Shown here piece by piece: positions 46,670 to 57,102 of a stretch of 64,000 nucleotides of DNA. Each line of letters starts with the position of its first letter. Within the stretch, counting starts at the first letter, position 1. The stretch comes from Calditrichaceae bacterium (GTDB lineage: Bacteria > Calditrichota > Calditrichia > Calditrichales > JBFXGD01). Under the pieces are notes generated by a model. It did no database searches. It was not told the origin of the DNA and was given only the letters and a program-made list of their open reading frames with translations. The stretch spans positions 33,232-97,231 of the forward strand of contig JBFXLE010000011.1 in assembly GCA_050173015.1 (NCBI GenBank). The letters are read 5' to 3'. The translations under genes were made by a program, and so were the position numbers.

Positions 46670-48154
46670 TTAAAAGTATTTTTTTATTCCGGGGATTAGT
46701 CTCAAAAACTGCACTGAAATGGATTTTATGCGATCCAATTCGATTTGTTCGTAAAAATTGAGTAATAACAGGGTGAACGGGAATAATACGAGTAATGAAA
46801 GTTTGAAACTATAATTGATAAGTTCCGACATTGGAGAATATAAAAAAGTAAAAAAATAGAAGATGACTCCCAGGGAAAGAACCTTCAATAATTTCAAATT
46901 TTCAAATGGTATTTTGTAAAGTTTAATCGAAAAATAATATGAACAAACATAGAGTATAATGTATGAAATCAGCGTGGCATATGCCGCGCCCATCATACGG
47001 TATTTTGGAATAAGGTATAAATTGATTCCCACATTTGCGATAAAAGCGATAAGATAAATTAAAGCATAATAGCCGGTTTTTCTCTTCAGAATAATACTAA
47101 TAGACGCAACGGAACTCGCGCCACTGAAAATGTAAGCCAGAATTATTATCGGCACAACCGTGGCCGCGGGCCAATAACTCGAGTCGTTTGCAAAAAATTT
47201 GATAAGATCTTGACTAAAAAATGCTAATCCCAGCCCTGCCCAGGTCAGGATAAAAATAAAATATGTCATGATCTTGCTATAATAACGCAGATCTCCCTGT
47301 TTTCCGTATTTTTTAAACGCGAGAGGCATGATGCCAAGCATAAAGGATTGAATTAAGAAAACATTCAAAATTCCGGCGATTTTATACCCTAAGTTATAAA
47401 GGCCGACTTCCTCATAATTCACAAGAAGCTTTAGCAGATATCGATCACCCATACTCAGGAGCATTGATGCAAGTGATGAAAAAATTAATGGTAAACCGAA
47501 ATAAAACGATTCTTTCCAGATAGACAGATCTATTTTAAACTTCATGTTTGAGATAGATGGAAACAGGAGGATCAGCGTCAGTAAAATTTCTCCAATCAGA
47601 TAGGCATAAAGGATTCCGCTGATGCCGATTTTCAGATATGCCACAAAATATATATTTAAAGCTAATATTACTGTTAATTGCGTGATATTTGATGCCGCGT
47701 AGATAACCGATTTTTCTCTGGCCCGCAGATCATTTAATAAGAGGTTGTTCATGACTCTGAAAAAGATGATGCCTGAAGAAATTTGAAAGTAAAGTTTAAA
47801 TAAAGATGGCGTCTCAAAAAACGACGATAATGGGCCTGATAAAGAAAAGAACATCATCGTTACTGAAAATGTGGACAAACCCAGCATCATAAAAATAGAG
47901 AAAAATACTATTTTTCTTTTATTCTCAAAACCCTCTCTGTGGTAATAGCTCAAAAGAGATGTACTTTGGCCAAAAATTAATACCTGGGACGCGATTAAGA
48001 ATGTAATCTCTAATACACCCAGAATTCCATATTCGGTAACCGAGATGTGCGCGGTGTATAAGGGAAGGAGTACAATACCGATCAATTTTGTCGCGAATGA
48101 TCCAATACTATAAATTGCGGTATGCTTTAATGTCTCTTTTATGTTCTTAATCAT
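46670..48154 (-). CDS. Wzx-like polysaccharide/oligosaccharide flippase (MOP superfamily)
   Basis: 494 aa with about 12-14 TM helices. Located in a glycosyltransferase cluster. Confidence 0.75.
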   Translation of the reverse strand: MIKNIKETLKHTAIYSIGSFATKLIGIVLLPLYTAHISVTEYGILGVLEITFLIASQVLIFGQSTSLLSYYHREGFENKRKIVFFSIFMMLGLSTFSVTMMFFSLSGPLSSFFETPSLFKLYFQISSGIIFFRVMNNLLLNDLRAREKSVIYAASNITQLTVILALNIYFVAYLKIGISGILYAYLIGEILLTLILLFPSISNMKFKIDLSIWKESFYFGLPLIFSSLASMLLSMGDRYLLKLLVNYEEVGLYNLGYKIAGILNVFLIQSFMLGIMPLAFKKYGKQGDLRYYSKIMTYFIFILTWAGLGLAFFSQDLIKFFANDSSYWPAATVVPIIILAYIFSGASSVASISIILKRKTGYYALIYLIAFIANVGINLYLIPKYRMMGAAYATLISYIILYVCSYYFSIKLYKIPFENLKLLKVLSLGVIFYFFTFLYSPMSELINYSFKLSLLVLFPFTLLLLNFYEQIELDRIKSISVQFLRLIPGIKKYF

Positions 48155-48233
48155 GCCTTGTTCGTTTTACCCGTCATTGTGGTTCTTTAACTAATTTGTT
48201 AAGCTTACTATGTAATCAGAATGATGATTCTTT

Positions 48234-49016
48234 TTATATCATGGATTTCCTTCTCAGTAGCACAAACAACTGATATGGTTTCTTTGGAGATAATAATATA
48301 TTTAATAAATCACATATAAAAGCAACAGCATGGATTTTTGGAGTTATTAAAAATTTTTTGTTGCAGTTCGGACAAAGCGTGCCTGCTTGTGTAGTCTTGA
48401 TCCATCTTTTGGGGATCCATGATTCTGGCGGTGCAATGGCATGTTTAATCACGGCCAATAATCCATTGTACCGCCTTATTTTTGTGCCAAATTCAAAAGA
48501 CTTGATCACATCAAAATCACTAAATAATTCTTTAATAATTTTCAGATTTAATTTACGCATATGATAAGATCGATTAAATATAAATGCGCATTGAGGACAT
48601 TTAATATAATTTTTTTCAACATTTTCATTGTTTGGAAATGTCAGATATATATATTTCCTGCTCAATCTTTTGATTTCAGATATAGTGGATTCAAAAACTT
48701 CATCAGGCAAATGTTCCAGAACTTCACTGGAAAAAACCAAATCGAACTTATTCGTAGCCGCGCCTATCTTGTCCGATGACGCTCTCAGCCGTTTAGTTGT
48801 TACAAAATTTAAGGCGTTTCTGCTTCTGTCAACCGCGATGACATTAAATTTATTACCTAGTTGGTTCGTGATTGTACCATCACCACAACCAATGTCAATA
48901 AGATTTTGAACATCATGGGGGATGGTCAGTAAAATTTGTTTGATTTTATCTTTTAAATGATTATCAAGATTAGCTGCTGTCCAATCAAATGATTCGTAAT
49001 AACTTTTATTATCCAT
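48234..49016 (-). CDS. Class I SAM-dependent methyltransferase with Cys-pair (zinc-ribbon-like) insertions
   Basis: Motif I is LIDIGCGDGT; the acidic loop is VIAVDRS. CPQC and CPNC pairs lie in the C-terminal half. Confidence 0.8.
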   Translation of the reverse strand: MDNKSYYESFDWTAANLDNHLKDKIKQILLTIPHDVQNLIDIGCGDGTITNQLGNKFNVIAVDRSRNALNFVTTKRLRASSDKIGAATNKFDLVFSSEVLEHLPDEVFESTISEIKRLSRKYIYLTFPNNENVEKNYIKCPQCAFIFNRSYHMRKLNLKIIKELFSDFDVIKSFEFGTKIRRYNGLLAVIKHAIAPPESWIPKRWIKTTQAGTLCPNCNKKFLITPKIHAVAFICDLLNILLSPKKPYQLFVLLRRKSMI

Positions 49017-49050
49017 AAATTATAAATCTCAAATATCTTTATTAAAAAAC

Positions 49051-50250
49051 TTAACCTTTAGACTTTACGTCTTGGTAGACTTTAATTAAGTTTTTTTCTA
49101 TTTTTTCCCACCGATACTCTGACTTAATAGCATCAAAGGAGTTTTTTCCCATTTGCACCGCTATATCAGGGTTTTGATACAGGTGATAGATTTTATCTGC
49201 CAGATCAACCTCATTGGAAGGCTCGTGAATCAATCCACATCCTAATTCTTCTATCAGATTGGCCTGGGCCTCACAATTACTCACGATTATGGGTTTTGAG
49301 AAGGCCATATATTGAAAAAGTTTGTTGGCGTATGTAGTCTCATGATGTCTGTTTTTTAATAATGGTGAAATGCATACATTACTTGCTTTTATATAAGAAG
49401 GGAATAATTTCATATCCTTCCACCCTACTAAGTCAATCTGTTTTTCTAAATGTAAATCAGCGGTCAAAGTTTTTAAATAGTTGTCATCACGGCTATTTCC
49501 AACAATGACTAATTTGATATTTTTTATTTTGTGTTTCAAAAGGTTTATAGATTTTATTGCCGATTCTAATCCCCTTCTTACGCCCGTAGAACCTAAATAT
49601 AATATGACAAAGTTATATTCGTACTTTTTGGTGATATCCGAATAGACCGGATAACTTAAAAACTTATTTAGTCGTACAGAATTAGGTACAACATATATGT
49701 CATTTTTCCGTTTTTTGCTCTTCTTAAGAATGTCCTTTTTTGCCTCGGCTGTAACAACAATAATTTTATCTACGCGTTCAATAAAAAAAAACTGTTTTTC
49801 CACCCATTTATCAAGGTTAATCAATATATTTCCGGGAAAACTCCTGACGTGAGAATATAATTTCATAATCTCTGGACGATTTTCGTGTAAATCCAATATG
49901 ATGGGGATGGTATCATTTTTCCATAATTTTAAAATAGGCTCAATTGCTACCATATCGTGAACGTGAATTACATCGATTGAAACCGTTTTAAAAAACTGTT
50001 GAAGTTTTTTTCTTAATAATTGGTGATAAAATGGTACGGTGTAGGCAAGAGGTGATAACTTCTCATGGAGTAACTTACTGAATTTATAGCGATAGACGTT
50101 TATATTGTTTATCAATTCAAATGAAGCTTTATTATCAAAATCAAGACAGAACAAGTGCACTTCATGCCCGGCATTTATCAGTGATATGGCCTCGTTCTCA
50201 ACCCGGTTATCAGGCGGGAATTCCTGATCGAGGATCATAGCAATTTTCAA
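49051..50250 (-). CDS. Glycosyltransferase family 4 (GT-B fold)
   Basis: The TTG at 50250 lies 5 nt after AGAGGAG and gives (M)KIAMILDQEFPP. The C-terminal E-x7-E-like region is present. The ORF-track start (50298) is probably too long. Confidence 0.8.
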   Translation of the reverse strand: MKIAMILDQEFPPDNRVENEAISLINAGHEVHLFCLDFDNKASFELINNINVYRYKFSKLLHEKLSPLAYTVPFYHQLLRKKLQQFFKTVSIDVIHVHDMVAIEPILKLWKNDTIPIILDLHENRPEIMKLYSHVRSFPGNILINLDKWVEKQFFFIERVDKIIVVTAEAKKDILKKSKKRKNDIYVVPNSVRLNKFLSYPVYSDITKKYEYNFVILYLGSTGVRRGLESAIKSINLLKHKIKNIKLVIVGNSRDDNYLKTLTADLHLEKQIDLVGWKDMKLFPSYIKASNVCISPLLKNRHHETTYANKLFQYMAFSKPIIVSNCEAQANLIEELGCGLIHEPSNEVDLADKIYHLYQNPDIAVQMGKNSFDAIKSEYRWEKIEKNLIKVYQDVKSKG

Positions 50251-50310
50251 AATTTCTCCTCTTAACAAAAAATTTTCATTATTTTTAAATGAAAACAACT
50301 TTTCTGAAAA

Positions 50311-52245
50311 CTAAAGGTAATAAGTTTCCAGATCAAAAGCCTTGTCTTTAAATTTATCAGACTGAATAAACATCTTTTCCCAGATCGCGATTCCAAGGAC
50401 AATCCATAGGTAATTATAATGCCATCTGAGTCTTGGATGAGGGGGATAATCCATTATGCGCCGCAAATACGCATAATTAAAAATACCCTGTTCATCTATA
50501 AATTCTTTTGTCAAAATCTTCTCGGCGATCAGCTTTAAATCCTTCTTAAACTGAAGATAAGGATTGACCGTAAATCCCCATTTCTTCTTTTGGAGAATCT
50601 CATCCGGAAGGCGGGAGCGCATTGCTTCCCTGAACAGGTGTTTTGTGACATTTCTCCGGATTTTCATTTCTCCGGGGACCGTGTACATAAACTCAACCAG
50701 ATCCTTGTCAAGAAACGGCACACGCAATTCAACTGAATGGGCCATTGACATTCTGTCATCAACCAGTAGATAATCATTCACCATTTTTGAATGAAATTCA
50801 GCGTAGGCGACCCGGTCAATGGGTGATAGATTCCCATTCGGCGCGAACAATTGGTCAAAATATTGATGAACTGGTTTTAATTTTGTCGATAAGAAATCAG
50901 GTTGATAAATTTCATGATAGAAGCCCGAATCATATTCCCACACGTTCCGGATAATTAAATAAAACTTTTGCAAATTACCCGTGGACAACAACATTTGGAG
51001 CCCGCGCCTATATTCATCAAAACGCAGGGTTCCTGATTTGTTCTGAAGCATGAAGAGTAATTGACTGAATGGCTCAAGAAAGGTTTTTTGAAAACCGGGT
51101 GAAAGTTTTTTTAATAATGCTCCTGCCGAATTGATATATTTATAGATATCGTATCCGATAAACAGCTCATCTCCCCCAAGCCCTCCGAGAATGACTTTAT
51201 ATTCCGGTGAAACAAATCGCGACATATTAAATCCCTGCAGGAGATTTATTTTCGGTTCCTCCGCGTGCCAGATTACCTCAGGAAATTGTCTGAGAGGATC
51301 AAAGGCCAGTGAGGTTGTATAATGATTCGTATCAAAATGTTTTGCAATTTTTTCAGCGTCCGGGAACTCATCTGTGTCTTCATTAAACCCAAGGGTAAAT
51401 GTATTGATTTCAGGGACATTAAGCTCATGCATCATGGCCACAATGGCAGATGAATCCATGCCGCCGGAGAGATAGACACCTATGGGAACATCACTTAACA
51501 GCTGTTTGCGAATGGCCTCCCTGAGATGAGAATGAATACTCTCAATTACATCCCTTTCGGAAAGTCCGTAATCCGGATTCATCGGCAGAGTATAATATGG
51601 TTTAATACTTATCTTATTATTTTCATAAATTAAGAAGTGGGCGGGAGGAACACGGAAAATGTCCTTGAATAGCGTCTCATCTCCCTGTGTATATCTTAAA
51701 TTTATCTGGCTGTGAAGCGCGTCATAATTAATACCGCGTTTGACATCCGGATGAAGAAGGATTGATTTCTGTTCTGATGAGAAAATAAATTTATTGTCTT
51801 TGCGCCAATAATGAAGAGGTTTAACACCAAAATGATCTCTGACCAGAATTAATCTTTTTTTCTTCACATCATAAAGCGCAAATGCAAAAATACCGTTTAG
51901 ATCCTTTATAAAATCCAACCCGTATTCTTCATAACAGTGAACCAGCGTTTCAGTGTCGCTCGTGGTTAAAAATTTATGTCCTTTTTCTATGAGCCGGTCT
52001 TTGATTGATTGAAAATTATAGATTTCTCCGTTAAATACAATGACAACTGATTTATCTTCATTAAATATCGGCTGGTCACCGGTATTCAGATCGATAATTG
52101 ATAAGCGCCGGTGTCCGAGTGTGACAGCTCCATTATTGTAATAGCCGGAATTGTCGGGACCGCGATGCGCCATCATATCGCACATATCGGTTATCAGCTG
52201 CCTGTTATCTTTACCGTTCTCAATGATTCCGCAGATTCCGCACAT
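50311..52245 (-). CDS. asnB: Asparagine synthase (glutamine-hydrolysing) family amidotransferase
   Basis: N-terminal MCGICG (Cys2 nucleophile) and the PP-loop SGGMDSS. Confidence 0.9.
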   Translation of the reverse strand: MCGICGIIENGKDNRQLITDMCDMMAHRGPDNSGYYNNGAVTLGHRRLSIIDLNTGDQPIFNEDKSVVIVFNGEIYNFQSIKDRLIEKGHKFLTTSDTETLVHCYEEYGLDFIKDLNGIFAFALYDVKKKRLILVRDHFGVKPLHYWRKDNKFIFSSEQKSILLHPDVKRGINYDALHSQINLRYTQGDETLFKDIFRVPPAHFLIYENNKISIKPYYTLPMNPDYGLSERDVIESIHSHLREAIRKQLLSDVPIGVYLSGGMDSSAIVAMMHELNVPEINTFTLGFNEDTDEFPDAEKIAKHFDTNHYTTSLAFDPLRQFPEVIWHAEEPKINLLQGFNMSRFVSPEYKVILGGLGGDELFIGYDIYKYINSAGALLKKLSPGFQKTFLEPFSQLLFMLQNKSGTLRFDEYRRGLQMLLSTGNLQKFYLIIRNVWEYDSGFYHEIYQPDFLSTKLKPVHQYFDQLFAPNGNLSPIDRVAYAEFHSKMVNDYLLVDDRMSMAHSVELRVPFLDKDLVEFMYTVPGEMKIRRNVTKHLFREAMRSRLPDEILQKKKWGFTVNPYLQFKKDLKLIAEKILTKEFIDEQGIFNYAYLRRIMDYPPHPRLRWHYNYLWIVLGIAIWEKMFIQSDKFKDKAFDLETYYL

Positions 52246-52248
52246 GGG

Positions 52249-53253
52249 TTAAATCCGGTTTAGTTTTTTTAAAGCTTTAAATTTTACGGGATACATTCTT
52301 GCAATATTATAAATACGATCATATTTTTCAATTTTAAATTGAAATTGACTTAAAAAATCATTTTCCGAGAGTCTGGATAGTATTTTTAGTTGAGTATTTA
52401 TTAAACGAAGATATCCAATGGTACATGGATCGGTCTCGGGATAATGATCCATCCTGCAAAGATTAAATCTCAGCCAATATTTCATGTCAAATTCGGGCAG
52501 CCAGTGGGTTAAGCTCTCTATCCCGGCGTTGAAAAGGTTTTTCGCTAACAAATGTGATTCGGCGTCACTTGATTCGGGCACAGCTCTTACAAAATCATAC
52601 AGGCCGAAAAGGGAAAAGAGATGTCCGTCCAGCACCATGGTCGGTTCGTCGGCAACATACTCCTCATAAAATGGAAAACCATTTCTTAGATTCGCCGATA
52701 CACCGCCGTCGCGAATATCGACAGTGAAGGGAATCAGGGCTTTTTTACAAACGTCGAAATATTCTTTTCGACCGGTCATTTGCCAGGCCCGGAGCAGGAT
52801 CGATAAACCGCGGCTCTGGGCGAAGGCCGATTTCCAGGGGCGGGATATTTTGTATTCAGGTTTTGGGATATCCGTCAGCCAGTAACTTCCCAGTTTAGAA
52901 TCATCTACGCGGTTCTCATAAAACCAGTCTGCTAGTCTCAGGAAATATTGTTTTTTATCGATGCTATTTGATTTTTTAAACGAGGCAAACACAGCCAAAC
53001 CGTACTGGCCTATTGAAATCGGATAATAATGGAGCCGGGGCTCCTCAACATCAATATAAGATGAGTTCAAAGGAATTCCGTTATCATCAAATGTCGAAAT
53101 AAGCCGGTTCAGGCGGGCCGGATCTTCATCAAATATTAAATAATATTCTCCCAAATCCTCCGAGTGTAATTTTTCTGAAATGGCAAAGGAATTCCGGTTG
53201 GTGATATCGGTCTTTAGTTTTTTAATCATGAACAGGATTTTTTTTATATTCAA
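52249..53253 (-). CDS. D-glucuronyl C5-epimerase C-terminal-domain family protein
   Basis: PWKSAFAQSRGLSILLRAWQMTG...GGV...FPFYEEY...MVLDGHLFSLFGLYD matches the remembered C5-epimerase domain pattern (PWySamAQGqalSvLvRAy ... WyEEY ... vLNG..ysL.GLyD). Confidence 0.6.
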   Translation of the reverse strand: MNIKKILFMIKKLKTDITNRNSFAISEKLHSEDLGEYYLIFDEDPARLNRLISTFDDNGIPLNSSYIDVEEPRLHYYPISIGQYGLAVFASFKKSNSIDKKQYFLRLADWFYENRVDDSKLGSYWLTDIPKPEYKISRPWKSAFAQSRGLSILLRAWQMTGRKEYFDVCKKALIPFTVDIRDGGVSANLRNGFPFYEEYVADEPTMVLDGHLFSLFGLYDFVRAVPESSDAESHLLAKNLFNAGIESLTHWLPEFDMKYWLRFNLCRMDHYPETDPCTIGYLRLINTQLKILSRLSENDFLSQFQFKIEKYDRIYNIARMYPVKFKALKKLNRI

Positions 53254-54536
53254 TGAGAATCTCCCGCAAGAATCTCAGCTAATTTCTTTGACAATTCTTT
53301 TCTGGAGTACTTGCTTGTCTCTGTCTTGTCTGCTTTATTCCACCGGTCGTTTTTCCAGTTTTGGAAATATGATAACAGCGTATCATTAAGCGATTGATTA
53401 TGTGCGTACATTTTCCCGCTTCCGGTCTGTTCCAGAATCATCGCTGCGTCACCATCAACGGGCCCTATTCCCAGAATATAATTTCCGGAGGCCATATACT
53501 CAAAAATTTTGCCTGTTACGATTCCCCTGTTCTCCGGAATATCCGGAATAACGAGTAACAGTAGGTCCGAATCGATCATCTGAACGAGCATCTTATCATG
53601 AGAAATATAAGGATTGAAATTAATATATGATTCTAAATTATATTCCTTGACGGTCATCTCGATTGTTTTATGGACACTGCCGAAGAATGTAATTTCCATC
53701 TTGTTAAGAATAGCCGGATCAAAGCTTGTAAGTGATTTAAAAAAAGCGTGAATATTCTGGTCCTTTCCCAAATGGCCAAAATATTTTATTCTGAACTTAC
53801 GGCTTTGTTTTTTCTCCACATTACCAAAATCATCCGGATCGTATCCATTGGAAATTAAATGATAGTTATTATTTGCTTTATGGCTGAAAAGGCTGATTAA
53901 AGATGGACTGATTGTTACAATTTCGTCAGCCGCGCCGAGAGTTTCTTTCTCCATTTTAAGGTCACGGTTCCGGGCATAGTTTGTGCGTGTAAGATCACTT
54001 TGCCAGAACGCGTCCACCCACGGATCTCTGTAATCGGCGATCCACCTTAGTCCTGATTTTTTGGCCAGGCGCCGTGCGATTAGCTGAACGGAGTGCGGCG
54101 GAGAGGATGACAAAATGACATCAATGTTTTCATTCTCTATAATTTTCATCCCGGTTCTTACGGCAAATGGAATCCAGCCTATTTTGGCATCCGGGATAAA
54201 TACATTAGAGCGAATCCAGCGGGAGATTCGTTCCTTAATATTTTCATCGTGTTTTTTGTTCAATACAAACGTTGGAAGTTTCTCGTTTTTTTTCCTTCCG
54301 GTAAATCTTTTGTAAAGCGTAACCGGTTCCAGACTGCTGGTTTTATATACCTTACAACCTTCCGGAATGTCTTTGAGCAGGCTCTCATCAATAGCAGGAT
54401 ATTCACCGCTCTCTACCGTCAGTATCACCGGTTGCCAGCCGAACTCCGGAAGATATTTCGCGAATTTTAATACCCGCTGAACCCCGGGTCCGCCTGCCGG
54501 CGGCCAGTAATAGGTAATGATCAGGACTTTTTTCAT
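53250..54536 (-). CDS. Glycosyltransferase (GT-B, group-1-like)
   Basis: The N-terminus MKKVLIITYYWPPAGGPGVQRV is typical of GT4-like enzymes. 4-nt overlap with the downstream gene. Confidence 0.7.
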   Translation of the reverse strand: MKKVLIITYYWPPAGGPGVQRVLKFAKYLPEFGWQPVILTVESGEYPAIDESLLKDIPEGCKVYKTSSLEPVTLYKRFTGRKKNEKLPTFVLNKKHDENIKERISRWIRSNVFIPDAKIGWIPFAVRTGMKIIENENIDVILSSSPPHSVQLIARRLAKKSGLRWIADYRDPWVDAFWQSDLTRTNYARNRDLKMEKETLGAADEIVTISPSLISLFSHKANNNYHLISNGYDPDDFGNVEKKQSRKFRIKYFGHLGKDQNIHAFFKSLTSFDPAILNKMEITFFGSVHKTIEMTVKEYNLESYINFNPYISHDKMLVQMIDSDLLLLVIPDIPENRGIVTGKIFEYMASGNYILGIGPVDGDAAMILEQTGSGKMYAHNQSLNDTLLSYFQNWKNDRWNKADKTETSKYSRKELSKKLAEILAGDSH

Positions 54537-54546
54537 TTTTTTTATA

Positions 54547-57033
54547 TTATTTCTTTCCTGATTTACTTTTGTATTGGAACGCCAGAGACAAAAGAATCGT
54601 CAGATATAAGATTCCAACAGAAAAGGAAGCCATTTTGACATACCGGTGATACGAATCGGGTTCGAACCGCAAATCAACGCTGTGATTTCCTTTTTCTACG
54701 ATGATTGACTGAATGGCATGATCCGTTTTATAAATCTGTTTTACCGGCTGGTCATCAATCAATACTTTCCAGCCCGGAGGGTAATACAATTCGGAAATCA
54801 CTAATAGAGAAGTTTTGTCGGTGAATACATCAAGCCGGACATGGTTGGGATTAAACTCGGTTACCCTGCTGAAACTGCTGTCAGGCATCGAGATATCCGT
54901 AGATATGCTTTCTTCAAGTAACGCGGTAACCGCGGGATCAAAATCCGGACTGTTCAAACGCTGCAGACGCGTGTATTCATCATCAACGACTTCCGCTGAT
55001 TCAACAAAAAAAGCCCTTGGCAGCCTGGAATTATAAATATATGTAAATAATTTATTTGTATCATCTTTGTTTACCAGGGTCAGTTCCGGATGTGACAGCA
55101 TCCCTTCCAAAATAACATATTTGACATTCAGGATTTTTAATATATTCCAGTTCAGGGGAAAATCGGGTTCCCAGCCTTTGTAAAGATTGTTTTCGATTAT
55201 TTCTTCGATAGTGTACATCTTGATGGGACTGTATCCACCGATAGTCTGGTGATAATAGGCCCACCGGTTGTCGCCAAATTGTTTGCCAACCGGAAGAATC
55301 CGGGCAATTTCTTTGTCATTATTCAGAAACCTGTCGGTCGCGGTTTCCGCAAAATAAGTTCTTTCAATTTTATCAATATCCATATAATCTTTATGAACCC
55401 GCTCCTGGATATTGAGTAAATCCAGAGCCATAAGGATCGTGAACAAAATGCCGAGAACAGGAAACGAAATTTTACTTTTCAAATAACCAATGATCAGACC
55501 CGCGCCGAATAATAAGAGAATCATATATCTAATCAGATCCTGTGTAAAAAATTCCTTTCTGATGGATGTTATCATGGCCAGGATTTGCGGTTCGTATGTC
55601 TCACCGGGTTTAACAAAACTCATCATCTGACCGGCGAGCCACATTACGATGCCGAGACCAAAAAATCCGCCAAGAATCAACAATAAATTTTTATGTTTTT
55701 TTAGATTATCACCAGTAATATCTATTTCGGATAAATACTTTAATCCAAAGGCGGCGAGAAAACTCATTATGAACATAGTTACTGTAACACTCATCATCGG
55801 GGCGCGAAATTTATTAAAAAACGGGACATCATAGTAGAAGATACTGTAAAAGGACTGGAAATGCCGCCCGAAAGAAAGCAGCACAAGAAACAGAGCAAAA
55901 AATGAAAGACTCACAATCATCCGGTTTTTCCTGTAGGCGAATAATCCAAGGAAAGCGAGCAAAATGCTTAGTACCCCCATATACTCGTAACTCTGGGTGA
56001 ACGGCATAGAACCCCAATAGCCCGGGACCGTTCGATTACGTAATTGCGGTACGGCGTTGCCTGTATATTGCTCACCCGACATACCACCATAAAATCTCGG
56101 TACAATCCAGGTGAGAATTTCAGAAGGTTGGGTTGACCACTGTGTGGCATATTCCAGGGTGACGCCATCTGAATTTGATTTTTTTGTTGTTTCATTGAGC
56201 GAAATCGTTGTTTTCCCGCGTTTTGAATATGGAAGATATTCTCTGGCCAAAAACAACGGCTGCGCGGACATGGTAATGCTCAGTACGATTGCGGCGGTCA
56301 ATAGACCGGCAGATTTCAGGAAAAGAGTATATTTCTTTTCCATTATATCCTTTATAAAGGGATAGATGCCAATCGCAAAAACCATAAGGCCGGTATAAAA
56401 TACAATCTGATAGTGTTGTGTGCGTATCTGAGTACCAAACGCGAGGGCAAACAAAGCAGCCGAAAGAAAATTTCTTTTATCCAGAAAATGCAGAAAAGTT
56501 AAGGTCACCCAGGGAAGTAACATGAGCGCTCTGAACTTTGTGAAATGGCCTTCGAGATAAAGCGATTTATAATGCGGCATGAGAATAAAAATTAATGTGG
56601 CGGCAAGACTGATCAGGGGGGACATTTTCAGATACCTGAAAAGCAGATATGACCCCAGCGCCGCGAATAAGTAATATATAAATACGGTGTTAAAAATTCT
56701 GCTGAGTATGTTCAGGAGATTGTCAACCGAAAACGCGACAGGATTGGAACGGTGATACGTCGGCATTCCTGAAAAAATAAAAGGATTCCATAATGCCTTC
56801 TCGCCGGTTTTTTCGGCAAATTCGGTTAATTGATGGGTTTGACCAACGGAAGCGATGACATCCACGCCCTGAGGACTCAGACCGTCTATCACAAGCGGTT
56901 TTAACATAAATATCAGAAAAATAGTGATCAGAACAGTAAATAAAATGTCCTGGTTCCGGTCAGACAATTTAAATCTTTTGTTTGCCTTTTTAGCGAGAGG
57001 TGGCTGTTTTTGTTTTTTTCTTCCCTTAGCCAT
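54547..57033 (-). CDS. YfhO-like large polytopic membrane protein (putative GT-C-type extracytoplasmic glycosyltransferase)
   Basis: AAGGAG RBS. 828 aa, with more than 12 TM helices, a soluble domain of about 250 aa, and a final TM. Assignment rests on architecture and context. Confidence 0.5.
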   Translation of the reverse strand: MAKGRKKQKQPPLAKKANKRFKLSDRNQDILFTVLITIFLIFMLKPLVIDGLSPQGVDVIASVGQTHQLTEFAEKTGEKALWNPFIFSGMPTYHRSNPVAFSVDNLLNILSRIFNTVFIYYLFAALGSYLLFRYLKMSPLISLAATLIFILMPHYKSLYLEGHFTKFRALMLLPWVTLTFLHFLDKRNFLSAALFALAFGTQIRTQHYQIVFYTGLMVFAIGIYPFIKDIMEKKYTLFLKSAGLLTAAIVLSITMSAQPLFLAREYLPYSKRGKTTISLNETTKKSNSDGVTLEYATQWSTQPSEILTWIVPRFYGGMSGEQYTGNAVPQLRNRTVPGYWGSMPFTQSYEYMGVLSILLAFLGLFAYRKNRMIVSLSFFALFLVLLSFGRHFQSFYSIFYYDVPFFNKFRAPMMSVTVTMFIMSFLAAFGLKYLSEIDITGDNLKKHKNLLLILGGFFGLGIVMWLAGQMMSFVKPGETYEPQILAMITSIRKEFFTQDLIRYMILLLFGAGLIIGYLKSKISFPVLGILFTILMALDLLNIQERVHKDYMDIDKIERTYFAETATDRFLNNDKEIARILPVGKQFGDNRWAYYHQTIGGYSPIKMYTIEEIIENNLYKGWEPDFPLNWNILKILNVKYVILEGMLSHPELTLVNKDDTNKLFTYIYNSRLPRAFFVESAEVVDDEYTRLQRLNSPDFDPAVTALLEESISTDISMPDSSFSRVTEFNPNHVRLDVFTDKTSLLVISELYYPPGWKVLIDDQPVKQIYKTDHAIQSIIVEKGNHSVDLRFEPDSYHRYVKMASFSVGILYLTILLSLAFQYKSKSGKK

Positions 57034-57102
57034 AAAATCTCCTTGTCTGGAATTTAATTTTGCCGGAGGTGATAATTTCTGATCTAAATTAACAAATGCA
57101 GG

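Noticed and set aside
54650-54680. tRNA-like T-arm string gggttcgaaccgc
   Set aside because: It lies inside the well-supported YfhO-like CDS, and no acceptor or anticodon arms can be drawn around it.
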